A stretch of 64,000 nucleotides of DNA, taken from a bacterium. Lineage in GTDB: Bacteria; Patescibacteriota; Gracilibacteria; UBA1369; GCA-2718715. Below the pieces are notes generated by a model. That model searched no databases. It was not told where the DNA came from and saw only the letters and a list, made by a program, of their open reading frames with translations. Below, one piece after another: positions 39,053-49,787 of the stretch. The position numbers were made by a program, and so were the translations under genes. The DNA lies in assembly GCA_018662325.1 (NCBI GenBank), contig JABJGM010000007.1, forward strand, positions 69,305 to 133,304, given 5' to 3'. Each line of letters starts with the position of its first letter. Within the stretch, counting starts at the first letter, position 1.

Positions 39053-40780
39053 TTAATAGAATTTATCATTTTGATTTGTATAAAGCTCATAATAAGCTCC
39101 TTTTTGTTTTAAAAGTTCTTTTTGCGATCCATCTTCAATTATTCGCCCATTTTTCATTACCAAAATCCGATCCATAATATCTAAAGTCGAAAGCCTATGT
39201 GCAATCGCGATTACTGTTTTATTTTTAATCAAATTTGCAATTGATTTTTGAATTACCTCTTCAGACTTAGAATCTAAACTCGCAGTTGCTTCATCTAAAA
39301 TTAAAATCGGAGCATCAAATAAAATCGCTCTTGCAATCCCCAGCCTTTGTTTTTGACCACCTGAAAGCTTCACGCCTCTTTCTCCCACCACAGTTTTCAA
39401 ACCTTGCTCTTGGCCTTTAATAAAATCACTTAAATATGCTTTTTTAAGTGCATCTTTAATTAGATTATCCGAAAACTTTTGACCTAAAGTTAAGTTATAT
39501 TCAATAGTATCATTATATAAAAGAGTATTTTGATCGACTATCCCAAACATATCCAACAAGTCAGCCAGTTTAAGTTTTGTAATGTCTTTTCCTCCTACAT
39601 AAACCATATTTGAGTCAGGACAATGTAGACGCATTAAAGTTTCAACCAAAGTTGTCTTCCCAGCCCCGGACAAACCAACTAAACCTATCTTTTCACCTTC
39701 CTGAATTTCTAAATTTAAATTTTTCAAAACTTTCTTACCTGAAAAACTTAAACATAAATTGATCAATGAAATATCTGAACGTATAGGCTTAGAAATCAGA
39801 TTTATCGAATCATTGCTTTTAAGATCTACAAATAATCTTTTACATGCAGATTCAACTCCACCTTGCCACTCACGCAAACGAGCTTCCATTCTTACAAAAC
39901 TTAAAAACCTTCCATTAAACATATTTAAATAAATCAAAGTTGCTGTAAAATCCCCAACCGTCACAACTCCTAACTTCAATAAATAAATTAAATAAAAAGT
40001 AACTAAAACCTCTAAAAAAATTAAAATAAACGACCCATATAAATTAAATTTATGCTTTTGAACATACAAATTAATCGATGAATCCATATAAGAACTTAAA
40101 TCTTTCTGTGTTTTTCTACTTTCAATATTAAAGATATTAAAAAGCCTAACTAATGAGATATTTCCAATATAATCAAAGAGCCTACCTTTAAAAATACTAC
40201 CTTTTGAAGTACAAACAATTGAAAGATTTTTAATTTTCAAAGTTTGAACTTTGTAAAGCAACAAAAGTAAAAAACTAAATCCAACAAAAGCAAGTCCTAA
40301 ATAAAAATTTGTATAAAAGGCTACCCCTAAAATCACAAGCATTTCCAAGATAGAAATCTTTTGACCTTGATACTTATTATACCAATGTTCAATCATTTCA
40401 AAATTTCTCATATCAGCTACAACCTTTCCAGACAAGTTGGAAGCAAAAAAACTATAAGGATACTTTGCTAACCTATCAAATAAATACTTACGAGTCATAT
40501 AAGCAAACTCCATTTTTAATTTTCTTCTTTTTTTAATTTCAATAGTCCTAAGAAAACTACCGAATCCAAAAACAAAAATTATAAAACCCAATGCAAAATA
40601 GAATTCATTAATATCTTTATTAACTAAAGAATCTAGCAAAAACTTAGTAGTATAAGCCCTAAAAGCTAAAATCCCATAAGCAAAAGCAGCAAGCCAAATA
40701 ACTAAATGATACTTAAATAAAATTTTCTTTGAGAAAATCATTTTAAAAGCATCAATCGCAGTCCTTGGATTATTATTCAT
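39053..40780 (-). CDS. ABC exporter, fused permease/ATPase (likely heterodimer partner)
   Basis: GLSGAGKT, LSGGQKQR, ILDEATA, IAHRLST. Confidence 0.93.
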   Translation of the reverse strand: MNNNPRTAIDAFKMIFSKKILFKYHLVIWLAAFAYGILAFRAYTTKFLLDSLVNKDINEFYFALGFIIFVFGFGSFLRTIEIKKRRKLKMEFAYMTRKYLFDRLAKYPYSFFASNLSGKVVADMRNFEMIEHWYNKYQGQKISILEMLVILGVAFYTNFYLGLAFVGFSFLLLLLYKVQTLKIKNLSIVCTSKGSIFKGRLFDYIGNISLVRLFNIFNIESRKTQKDLSSYMDSSINLYVQKHKFNLYGSFILIFLEVLVTFYLIYLLKLGVVTVGDFTATLIYLNMFNGRFLSFVRMEARLREWQGGVESACKRLFVDLKSNDSINLISKPIRSDISLINLCLSFSGKKVLKNLNLEIQEGEKIGLVGLSGAGKTTLVETLMRLHCPDSNMVYVGGKDITKLKLADLLDMFGIVDQNTLLYNDTIEYNLTLGQKFSDNLIKDALKKAYLSDFIKGQEQGLKTVVGERGVKLSGGQKQRLGIARAILFDAPILILDEATASLDSKSEEVIQKSIANLIKNKTVIAIAHRLSTLDIMDRILVMKNGRIIEDGSQKELLKQKGAYYELYTNQNDKFY

Positions 40781-41072
40781 AATAAACTTATTTTTTTCGT
40801 TTAATTATAACACGTATTACACCATAAAACAACCACTTTAAAGAACTACATAACATAGATATTTACATTAAATGTCTTAAATATAAAAAATTATTACACT
40901 GAAAAATAATTTCCTAACCCTCCTTGCTTAGGACCCTCTAAAACAGACATTTTAAACAACCTTAAACTATTCTGTGAAAAATTTGATAGTCTATCTAAAA
41001 ACTTAAATTCTCGCTCTAGCAAAATAAAAACTATTAATAAATTTATAGAAATAGCACAATCAAAATAAACCC

Positions 41073-41627
41073 CTAAGCAAAATCTAATTTATAAACCTTA
41101 GCGTTCGGCAAACATTCATCTCTTTTTGTTAACTTTTTATTTTGTGACCAATCCAACAACAATTCCAAAGGCGTACCATGTGTAACTATAAGAATTTTTT
41201 TATTATGATATTTTTTTTCAACATCTAAAATAAAAGTTTGCATTCTATCTAAAACAGCTTGCAAACTTTCTCCATTTTCAAACTCATAATTTGGATCACT
41301 ATGGATTTTAAAAAAAAGCTTATAATCACTCACAGATTTTCCATCAAAATCACCAACATCAAATTCTTGTAAACGAGAATCATCAATTACATCCAAACCT
41401 GAAGTTCTACAAAAAATTTCAGCGGTTTCCAAGGTTCTTCTTGCAGGAGATGAAAATATAACATCAAAATCGCAATATTTTTCAGCTTCATCTTGAACTT
41501 GTTTTTGGCCTAAATCAGTTAATCCATGGTGTTTTTGAGTATCAATTTTACAAGAAATAACCTTATCAACATTATTTTTAGCTTCACCATGTCTTACAAT
41601 AAAAAATTGATTTTTAAATTTTTCCAT
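41073..41627 (-). CDS. Histidine phosphatase family protein
   Basis: VRHGEA, SSPARRTLETA, LIVTHG. Confidence 0.92.
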   Translation of the reverse strand: MEKFKNQFFIVRHGEAKNNVDKVISCKIDTQKHHGLTDLGQKQVQDEAEKYCDFDVIFSSPARRTLETAEIFCRTSGLDVIDDSRLQEFDVGDFDGKSVSDYKLFFKIHSDPNYEFENGESLQAVLDRMQTFILDVEKKYHNKKILIVTHGTPLELLLDWSQNKKLTKRDECLPNAKVYKLDFA

Positions 41628-41679
41628 AGTTCTATATTAAACTGTTACAATTTTAACTTAAAATTATAAAAATAAAAAA

Positions 41680-42438
41680 CTATCTTTTTTGAGCCTTAAT
41701 TATAATCTCAGGACTTGAATTTTCATCAAATTTAGATTTATCCCAATTTCCATAAACCTCCAAAACTTTAAAACCATTCTTATTTAATGAGTCTTTTAGT
41801 TCATCTAGAGTTCTAAACTTTAAAACATCATCATAAGTATAAGTTTTATTTGAAGAATCTAAAAATTTACATTTTCCTTTATATTCTACTAGAACTTTTT
41901 CTTGATCAAAATTTGTAGTTTCAACACTAAATTCAAACTCACCATGTTTAGGATCTTTTCTTGCTGTTACATCTCCCTTCCAATTTTCCCAAGGTTTAAC
42001 AAAAGCATTCCTCATTTCAAAAACAAAAAAACCATCTTTTTCAAGAAATCGATTAACATCATTTAAAACGCCAAACCAAGTATCATTATCAATAAAAACT
42101 TGCGAAACATGTCCTGTCATAATTACAAGGTCCATCTTACCAGAATAATCATCTACGTAATCAGAACTAAATCCTTCTAACCAATTTATGTTTAAGTTTT
42201 TATAGTTTTCACGAGCTTTATCAATCATTAATTTAGCTGGTTCAAGGCCAAAAACCTGCCTTTCAGTATCAATTAAATGACTCGTTAAAAAACCAGTTCC
42301 ACAACCAATATCTAATATTTTATTAGGTTTTAATTCATTTACTAAATCTATATAAAACTGTGTATCATCAGCAAACTGATTCAAAGTATCGTAAACATCT
42401 ACAAATTCTGTAATTTGATAATGGTCTAATTTATTCAT
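41680..42438 (-). CDS. Class I SAM-dependent methyltransferase
   Basis: ILDIGCGTG; true start MNKLDH at 42438 (the longer ORF overlaps tmRNA). Confidence 0.9.
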   Translation of the reverse strand: MNKLDHYQITEFVDVYDTLNQFADDTQFYIDLVNELKPNKILDIGCGTGFLTSHLIDTERQVFGLEPAKLMIDKARENYKNLNINWLEGFSSDYVDDYSGKMDLVIMTGHVSQVFIDNDTWFGVLNDVNRFLEKDGFFVFEMRNAFVKPWENWKGDVTARKDPKHGEFEFSVETTNFDQEKVLVEYKGKCKFLDSSNKTYTYDDVLKFRTLDELKDSLNKNGFKVLEVYGNWDKSKFDENSSPEIIIKAQKR

Positions 42439-42462
42439 AAATTTATTATTATTCAATTTTTC

Positions 42463-42871
42463 TGGTGGAGATGCCGGGAGTCGAACCCGGGTTCTTAAAT
42501 GGAGCTCATAAACGTCTACAATGATAGTCAATTTTAAATTGAAAGAAAATAGGCTATAAAATTAACAAAAAAACTTAAATTCTCTGTTTCTATTATTTAA
42601 AATTTACTCCGAAACAAAAGTAAATTCTAGTCTCTAATTGCCATTTTAAACTCCGAGACAAAATCTAAAATGGTCGCAGGCACTATTGGCCCACTAAAGC
42701 TAATTTGGAGTTAATTAAGCAGCAACTGCTTGAAAATTTCTTACGAAATCTAATTCTCCTTCATTGTTAGCACTTATAGTTGCACTAGACGGATCTACCC
42801 GGAGTAGTGCAATCCGGACATCGCAATTTATGACACCCTAGTCATCTAAGTCGAAAACCAGTTTCATCCCC
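42463..42871 (-). ncRNA. ssrA: tmRNA; tag ANNEGELDFVRNFQAVAA* at 42771-42715
   Basis: 5' GGGGATG pairs with 3' CATCTCC-ACCA including G3-U; T-arm GTTCGACTCCC; ATAAGT-GCT resume context; tag ends in AA. Confidence 0.96.
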
Positions 42872-42968
42872 ATATGTAAAAGAACAGTATTATTTTATAA
42901 TATTAATTTAAATTTGTCAAATTCAAACGACTCACAAGCCAACAAAAATGAAATTGACTAATTTAAAA

Positions 42969-45900
42969 CTATTTTTTGGCCTTAACTTCAAACTTTACAG
43001 CTAAAGCCTTAACACTTTCTATCAAGGTTGGTAAGAAATTCACACCCAGATCACTCATGAAAATCTTTAATTTATCAGAGCTAATCTGCCATTTAGGATT
43101 TTTTGAAAGCATATTCATTATGTTTTCTGGCTTCACATTCTTACTAATACTCAATACAACTTGTTTGCCAAGCCTGGCATTCGACATATTTTGAGTCTTG
43201 ATATTTATTAAATTAGCCTTTTTAGCATAAATTTTCAACTCAATAATCGAAAATAAATTTAAAACTTCAGCTGGAAGTGCTCCAAATTCTTCAATCACAT
43301 CTGTTTGAATTTCCTGTAAATAATCTAAACTATCTGCCGAAGACAGCTTTTGATAAATCGAAACCTTCTCTTTCGAAGAAGAAATATAGGTCGATGGAAT
43401 AAAAGCATTAATGGGAAGCTCAATTGAAACATCTTTAATTTCTTGAGTTTCTTGAGTAACTCCAGATTCAAGTTCTTCCACAGCTTTATTTAACATTCTT
43501 AAAAAATGAGCAACTCCCACAACATTCATAGCTCCAGACTGTGAAGATCCTAAAATTTCACCAGCACCTCGAATCTCTAAATCTTTCATAGCTATCTGAA
43601 ACCCAGAACCTAGCTCTGAAGCTTCCACGATTGCCTTCAAACGTTTTTTAGCATCCAACTTAAGTCTTTGACCATGATACAACAAATACGCGTAAGCTTG
43701 CGTTTTTGAACGTCCTACACGTCCTCTTAACTGATACAATTGAGAAAGCCCAAATTGCTCAGCTTTATTTACAATCAAAGTATTAGCATTCGCTAAATCA
43801 ATACCATTTTCAATAATAGTTGAAGAGATCAAAACATCCGCTTCTCCTTTCTTAAAAGACATAATTCTATCCTCTAACTCCAGTGGACTTAATTTACCAT
43901 GAGCCACAATAAATCTGATCCCTGGCATAATAGACTTTAACCTCTCAGCGAAAGTATCAATAGTCTGTACACGATTATGCAAAATATAAGCTTGACCATT
44001 TCTAGCAATTTCTTTTTCCACAGCTTCCTTAATAATTTTCTCAGAATACTTTCTAACTTCTGTAACAACCGGCAACCTGCCTGGAGGTGGAGTTGTAATT
44101 GTCGTAATATCCCTAAGCTTATTTAAACAAATATTTAAAGTCCGTGGAATCGGTGTCGCGGTCAATGTCAGGACATCAACTTCTGCTCTAAACTCCTTAA
44201 GTTTCTCTTTTTGCTTAACCCCAAATCTTTGTTCTTCATCGATCATCACAAGACCTAAATTTTTAAATTTAACATCTGGCGAAATCAACCTATGAGTACC
44301 AATTAAAATATCTACCTCTCCTTTAGCAGTTCTTTCCAAAATTTTTCTTTGTTCGGAAGGAGTTTTAAATCTCGAGAGCATTTCAACTCTTACATCAAAA
44401 TCATCCATTCTCTTTTTAAAAGACTTATAATGCTGATCTGCCAAAATCGTAATCGGCGAAATAAAAGCTACTTGTTTTTGATTAGTCACAGCCTTAAAAG
44501 CTGCTCTCATAGCCACTTCTGTCTTCCCAAACCCTACGTCCCCACACACAAGTCTGTCCATTGGCTGATCATTTTCCATATCCTTCTTAACATCCAAAAT
44601 AGCCTTAATTTGTCCTGGTGTCTCTTCATAGGGAAATGTCTCTTCAAATCTTGATTGAGCGTCCTTATCATCCGAATACTTAAATCCCTTAGCAGCTTTT
44701 CTTTGAGCATATAAAGCCAATAATTCTTTGGCGATTTTCTCTGTTTCCTTTTTAAGTTTACTAGAAACAGTTTGCCATTCACTCCCACCTAGCCTTGTTA
44801 ACTTTGGTGCTAAATCAGGATTTCCAATATATTTCGATACTCTTTCCGCCTGATCAATAGGCACAAATAATTTATCATTTTGAGCATATGAAACTTCCAT
44901 AAACTCCTTTGTGATATCCGCAATAACTTTCGAAACCAACCCTTCAAATCTACCAACTCCATGATCTGCATGTACAACCAAATCATTTGGTTTTAGTTGT
45001 GTCATTAAATCCAAATAAACTTGATGATTGTTCTTATTTTTTTTCTTATTCTTTACAACTCCAGGTATATCTTTATCACTTAAAATCAAAAACTTTTGAT
45101 CTGTAGACATAAAACTTTCAAAATATTTACTATCTTCCATCATATCCACAACCAAAACTCCATGTTTTTGTTTTTGCAAAGCTTCTACATCTCTATAAAA
45201 AACAATATTTTTACTATCTAAAATACCTTTAATTTCTTTAAATTTCTTAGTAAAAAGAAGTATAGACCAACTTGATTGCTTTTTTAAAATAATATCCGAA
45301 GTAAAATCTTCTAAGCTTTGATACTGTAAAATGCTACTTTTTCGAACATGCAAATGATTATCTTCATCTTCATTAAAAGCTTGTAAAAATAAACTTGAAG
45401 CTGGCTCCAAATTTTCTTCAAACTTCTTCACTAATTTAAACTGATCCTCAAAAACATCTAATTCATCTTGTATCAACAAAGAATGTTTCGTCATAAAATC
45501 AGAAAAAAAACATTCATCATCTTCTTTCTCAAAAGACCAAATCTCAACTTCTTCAAAACTTCCTATTTCTTTTTCATAACTTAAATCCATAACCTTAATT
45601 TCGGTAATTTCATCAAAGGCCACATTTATACAAACAGGAAAATCACTATTAAAAGGAAATACCATAATTTGTTCTCCCTTTGCATAATATTCACCCTGAA
45701 AAACATGAAAAGTCTGACCATTATCATATCCAGATTTAATCAAACTCTCAAAAACTTCAATCATAGAAATTTTTTGTCCAACTTTAAAATTCAACTTATT
45801 TCTTTCAACCTGCTTTTTATTTGGAAAATAAGATAAAAGCTCTTGAATAGTAATTAAAACAATTTCTTTCTTTGAACTTTGCAAATTAGCCGCAAAATTC

Positions 45901-46211
45901 AATTTAGAAATTAAATTCTTTCTAACAATACCGGCATCATTATGCGGATTATCTAAAATCCGAAAGTTTTGCACATGTTTTACACCGAAATTGTGCAAAA
46001 GTTCTTGAAAAGTATCCAATTGGCTTCTTTCATTTACTGCAAAGATAAGTTTATCAAAATTACATTCGTAGAAACTATTAGCAATAAAAAAAGCTTTTGC
46101 AGTTTTATTCGGAAATCCAGATAATTTAGATATCTTATTTTTACATACCAAATCTAAAAATTGATGATTGAATCTCTTAAAAGTGTTTTTCGAGAATAAA
46201 AATTTAGTCAT
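42969..46211 (-). CDS. mfd: Transcription-repair coupling factor
   Basis: VVHADHGVGRF, GDVGFGKTEVA, DEEQRFG, TATPIPRT, QLRGRVGRS, TRCF domain. Confidence 0.97.
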   Translation of the reverse strand: MTKFLFSKNTFKRFNHQFLDLVCKNKISKLSGFPNKTAKAFFIANSFYECNFDKLIFAVNERSQLDTFQELLHNFGVKHVQNFRILDNPHNDAGIVRKNLISKLNFAANLQSSKKEIVLITIQELLSYFPNKKQVERNKLNFKVGQKISMIEVFESLIKSGYDNGQTFHVFQGEYYAKGEQIMVFPFNSDFPVCINVAFDEITEIKVMDLSYEKEIGSFEEVEIWSFEKEDDECFFSDFMTKHSLLIQDELDVFEDQFKLVKKFEENLEPASSLFLQAFNEDEDNHLHVRKSSILQYQSLEDFTSDIILKKQSSWSILLFTKKFKEIKGILDSKNIVFYRDVEALQKQKHGVLVVDMMEDSKYFESFMSTDQKFLILSDKDIPGVVKNKKKNKNNHQVYLDLMTQLKPNDLVVHADHGVGRFEGLVSKVIADITKEFMEVSYAQNDKLFVPIDQAERVSKYIGNPDLAPKLTRLGGSEWQTVSSKLKKETEKIAKELLALYAQRKAAKGFKYSDDKDAQSRFEETFPYEETPGQIKAILDVKKDMENDQPMDRLVCGDVGFGKTEVAMRAAFKAVTNQKQVAFISPITILADQHYKSFKKRMDDFDVRVEMLSRFKTPSEQRKILERTAKGEVDILIGTHRLISPDVKFKNLGLVMIDEEQRFGVKQKEKLKEFRAEVDVLTLTATPIPRTLNICLNKLRDITTITTPPPGRLPVVTEVRKYSEKIIKEAVEKEIARNGQAYILHNRVQTIDTFAERLKSIMPGIRFIVAHGKLSPLELEDRIMSFKKGEADVLISSTIIENGIDLANANTLIVNKAEQFGLSQLYQLRGRVGRSKTQAYAYLLYHGQRLKLDAKKRLKAIVEASELGSGFQIAMKDLEIRGAGEILGSSQSGAMNVVGVAHFLRMLNKAVEELESGVTQETQEIKDVSIELPINAFIPSTYISSSKEKVSIYQKLSSADSLDYLQEIQTDVIEEFGALPAEVLNLFSIIELKIYAKKANLINIKTQNMSNARLGKQVVLSISKNVKPENIMNMLSKNPKWQISSDKLKIFMSDLGVNFLPTLIESVKALAVKFEVKAKK

Positions 46212-46215
46212 TAAA

Positions 46216-47322
46216 CTAGACTTTTAAAGGCATTATTATATATTGAAAGTTTGGTTCCTTCTTGTCTAAAACCTTAATAGGTAAAATACGATCAGTAACA
46301 TGCAAACTAACAACACTATCCCCAATTACATTCAGTACATCCATTAAATATTGAGAATTTACAGATATCTTAGTACTTTCACCAGAAATTGCAATAGAAA
46401 TTTCATTTTTATCAGTACCAATCAAAGTTTCTTGAGTGGATAAAAAAACCTTTTCTTTATCACTATCAAACTCCAAACTCACAGCGTCCTCAACTTCTTT
46501 CGCAAATAAACTCACCCTTTTCAAAGCTTGTTGAAGATCAGAAAGGCCTAAACTAACAGAAGTTTTATGCTCAGCTGGAATAATTTTCTTATAATCAGGA
46601 AACTGTCCATCAATCAATCTAGACAAAACCAAAGTTTCACCACATCTAAAAGCAATTTGACTTTGACCTAAAATAACTTCTACATTTTGTTTTGGATTCA
46701 TTTCCATAATCTTCTCTAACTCTCCCATAGTCTTACTTGGAATAATACAACTAATCCCATCAACATTCTTATCCAGATCAATACTACATTCACTTAAACG
46801 ATAACTATCTGTAGCAACTAAATAAAATTTATTTTTCTCCGTAAACATATAAACTCCAGCCAAAAAAGGTCTGTCAGCTTTACTTGAGCAACTAAACACA
46901 ACTTTCTTAAGAGCGCTTGAGAAAACCTTTGAATTAACATCAAAACTAACTTCATTCGAAACCTCTGGCATAGTTGGATAATCCTCAGCTTTCAAACCCT
47001 TAATCTTAGTCTCACTACTACTCCCAGAAACACTCAAACTTAAATCATCCAATTCTTCCAAAACTAAATCCTCTTTCGAAAGTAAATTTACATAACTAAA
47101 AAATAATTTCGCCGGAACTGTAATACTTCCTTCAAATTCAACATTACAAATAATCTTAGTCTTAATCGCTACTTCCAAATTAGTTGCAGACAACCATAAA
47201 GCATTTCCTTTGGCTTCCAACAAAATATTATTCAAAATCGGTAAAGTACTATTACTTCCAATTGCTCTGGAAACTACATTCAAAGCTTCAGCTAACTCAA
47301 CTTGTTTACAAACTACTTTCAT
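46216..47322 (-). CDS. dnaN: DNA polymerase III beta clamp
   Basis: LPILNNILL, ATNLE, VATDSYRL, RLIDGQFPDY, IMPL. Confidence 0.98.
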   Translation of the reverse strand: MKVVCKQVELAEALNVVSRAIGSNSTLPILNNILLEAKGNALWLSATNLEVAIKTKIICNVEFEGSITVPAKLFFSYVNLLSKEDLVLEELDDLSLSVSGSSSETKIKGLKAEDYPTMPEVSNEVSFDVNSKVFSSALKKVVFSCSSKADRPFLAGVYMFTEKNKFYLVATDSYRLSECSIDLDKNVDGISCIIPSKTMGELEKIMEMNPKQNVEVILGQSQIAFRCGETLVLSRLIDGQFPDYKKIIPAEHKTSVSLGLSDLQQALKRVSLFAKEVEDAVSLEFDSDKEKVFLSTQETLIGTDKNEISIAISGESTKISVNSQYLMDVLNVIGDSVVSLHVTDRILPIKVLDKKEPNFQYIIMPLKV

Positions 47323-47401
47323 ATTTCTGTGTTATCAGAAATCATTCTTACAAACTCCCTCTCAAATTTCAACCAAAAAAACTTTTAAACAATTTCCCTT
47401 A

Positions 47402-47950
47402 ATTATATATATATATATTTAAAATAAATAATAGTAGTAATAGTAGAAGGCAATTGTGCAAAACGGATTTTCCATAGGTACAACCGTAATTCCAACTCTT
47501 GAGTAAGCAAGAGCTTTTTGGCTTTTTTAAAACAAATCATTAAACCTTGCACGACTTTTCCACAATCTATGTGCAAAACATTTTATTTTCTAATGTTTTT
47601 AACCACTTTTTCCTCTTCTTATAAACAAAATATTCAAAATAAAGTTTTCAACATTAAATGTGTAAAACTTGTTTATAACTTACTGTCTAATCAAAATTTT
47701 ATTGTATTTAACACTAAAGTTTTCAACAGCACTCAAACCTAGTTTTTCAGCTTATTTCAAACCTCTTACGGTACTGACTACCTAAAACCCATGTGCATAT
47801 CTTTTCTTATCAAAACCCATTATTTATCAACAACTTATTAACAATTTCCAGGCTTTTCAACAACTTTATAACTTTTCCACAATCTTTTACACAATCCAAA
47901 TAAAAGCTTTCTATAAACAAAAAAAAAGAATATCTGCAACTTATGCACAT
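47402..47950. other. Chromosomal replication origin oriC
   Basis: AT-repeat DUE at about 47402-47430; TAG-TAG-TAA-TAG-TAG trios at 47432-47446; TTWTNCACA boxes at 47455, 47556, 47570, 47659, 47873, 47885 and 47941, plus near-matches; lies upstream of dnaN. Confidence 0.9.
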
Positions 47951-47958
47951 ATTCTTTT
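47919..47958 (-). terminator. rnj terminator facing oriC
   Basis: AAAAGAATAT-C-TGCA-ACTTA-TGCA-C-ATATTCTTTT with A-run on the + strand. Confidence 0.6.
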
Positions 47959-48005
47959 CCATTTAACCCACTCGACTTATAAGCTATTTTGATTTCTTTG
48001 TCAAG

Positions 48006-49787
48006 TTAATTAACAAACATAATATTAGGAACAACCAAAGGTCTTCTCTGTAGATTCCTAGTAACTACTCTATCTAAAGCAGATTTCAAGAAACCTTCTA
48101 GCTCTGGCTTGTTAACTCTTTTCCTGTTTTTAAGATGCATGTTAATAAGCTTTTTACTTTCCGTTTCTAAATCCCTTAGAACTGTTTGAGTTTGTCTCAT
48201 ATATATAAAGCCATTAGAGCATATGCTTAGAGCTTTTAAAACGGGCCTCTTAGCATCCATTACAACATTTATTAATATCATACCATTTAAGCTCATCGCT
48301 TGCCTTTCAGACACAATATCCATTGCCACTCCACATAATTTAGGAGCTTGATTATCCACCATTATATAATTTGTAGGAACAGGCTTTTTAGCTATTTCAG
48401 CTTTACCTTTTGAAACCTCTAAAACCTTACCATTTTCAAGTAAGAAAATATTTTCATTAGGTATCCCTTCCTCTAAGGCTAATTTTTTGTGGTAGAACCT
48501 GTGGTAATACTCGCCATGAACTGGAACAAAAAACTTAGGTTTAATAAAATTAATCATCATTTTAAGATCCTCAATATTACCATGCCCACTTGTATGGATA
48601 TCCATATGTTTATTAGTAATTACATTAGCAACCTTTCTAATTAAAACATTGATTACCGCATTAATAGCTCTTTCATTTCCAATGATTGGAGATGATGAGT
48701 AAACTATAGTATCTTTTTTAGTAAGTTTAATTTGACGATGTTCACCCATAGCCATTCTTGTAAGTCCACTTAAAGACTCCCCTTGACTACCGGTTGTCAA
48801 AATCAAGGCATTTTTAGATTGCGCAGCTTTTGAATTACTTCTTAGTTCCACTATCATTCCTTGCGGATATTTTAAATATCCAAGTTTAGTAGCAATTTTT
48901 ACATTGTTAACCAAACTTCTACCAGATATAAAAATTTTCTTCTTAGTATCTTTTGCAGACTCTATTATTTGCTGCATCCTTCCAATAACACTAGAGAAAC
49001 AACTAATAATCAACCTATCCGGAGCAGATCTAATAATTTTATCAAGCTCATCTCCAACAACCTTCTCACTCATAGTATGACCTTCCTTAATAGAATTTGT
49101 ACTATCACTCATAAGCAGTAATACTTTTTTATCACCAAGCTGTTTCATATAATCCACATCAGCCATAACACCATCAGAAGGCGTAAAATCAAATTTAAAG
49201 TCACCAGTGTGAACAATTAACCCCTCTGGAGTTTCAATTGCAATCCCACATGAATCTGGAATTGAGTGGTTCACTCTAAAATAAGTAATTTTAAATACAC
49301 CTAATTTAAAGGTTTCTTTTGGCTTAACATTTACAAGCTTCGCCAATTTTTCCATCTTATGCTCCTTTAAGTGTTTTCCAATTAAACCATTGGTAAGCTT
49401 AAGGCTATAATAAGTTGGATTTTTTAACTTTGGAGTTAAATACGTAATTGCTCCAATATGATCTAAGTGACCATGAGTAATTAGTATTCCTTTAAGTTTA
49501 TTTAAATTTCTCTCTAAATAACTAGTGTCAGGAACTATATAGTCCACTCCTAGCATATCTTCTTCTGGGAATTTAAGACCCATATCAAGAGCTATTATAT
49601 CGTTACCATATTCCAGTAACATCATATTTTTACCGATTTCATCTAAACCACCAAGAAAAACTAATTTAAGTTTTTTTTCGTTGTTTGAATGAAAGGGATT
49701 TTTAAACTTCTTTTTGAAGTTTGTTTTTTCCGTAGAATGAACGGTATTCTTTTGAAACCATGCATCCAATTTTGTTTTCTTTTCCAT
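48006..49787 (-). CDS. rnj: Ribonuclease J
   Basis: LGGLDEIGKNM, THGHLDHIG, HSIPD, HTGDFK, TGSQGE, HTSGH, PVHGE. Confidence 0.97.
   Translation of the reverse strand: MEKKTKLDAWFQKNTVHSTEKTNFKKKFKNPFHSNNEKKLKLVFLGGLDEIGKNMMLLEYGNDIIALDMGLKFPEEDMLGVDYIVPDTSYLERNLNKLKGILITHGHLDHIGAITYLTPKLKNPTYYSLKLTNGLIGKHLKEHKMEKLAKLVNVKPKETFKLGVFKITYFRVNHSIPDSCGIAIETPEGLIVHTGDFKFDFTPSDGVMADVDYMKQLGDKKVLLLMSDSTNSIKEGHTMSEKVVGDELDKIIRSAPDRLIISCFSSVIGRMQQIIESAKDTKKKIFISGRSLVNNVKIATKLGYLKYPQGMIVELRSNSKAAQSKNALILTTGSQGESLSGLTRMAMGEHRQIKLTKKDTIVYSSSPIIGNERAINAVINVLIRKVANVITNKHMDIHTSGHGNIEDLKMMINFIKPKFFVPVHGEYYHRFYHKKLALEEGIPNENIFLLENGKVLEVSKGKAEIAKKPVPTNYIMVDNQAPKLCGVAMDIVSERQAMSLNGMILINVVMDAKRPVLKALSICSNGFIYMRQTQTVLRDLETESKKLINMHLKNRKRVNKPELEGFLKSALDRVVTRNLQRRPLVVPNIMFVN

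Noticed and set aside
37285-40780. Degenerate ATP site in the ABC exporter pair
   Set aside because: Both halves keep Walker A, LSGGQ, the catalytic Glu and the H-loop
29350-42462. Integrated island at the tmRNA 3' end (or at tRNA-Asp)
   Set aside because: No integrase and no duplicated 3'-end att sequence seen by eye; housekeeping genes are interspersed
42439-42531. N-terminal extension of the methyltransferase ORF
   Set aside because: It overlaps the tmRNA 3' end; the real start is ATG 42438
47184-47742. Short ORFs at 47184, 47210 and 47518
   Set aside because: They are antisense to dnaN or lie across the DnaA-box array of oriC
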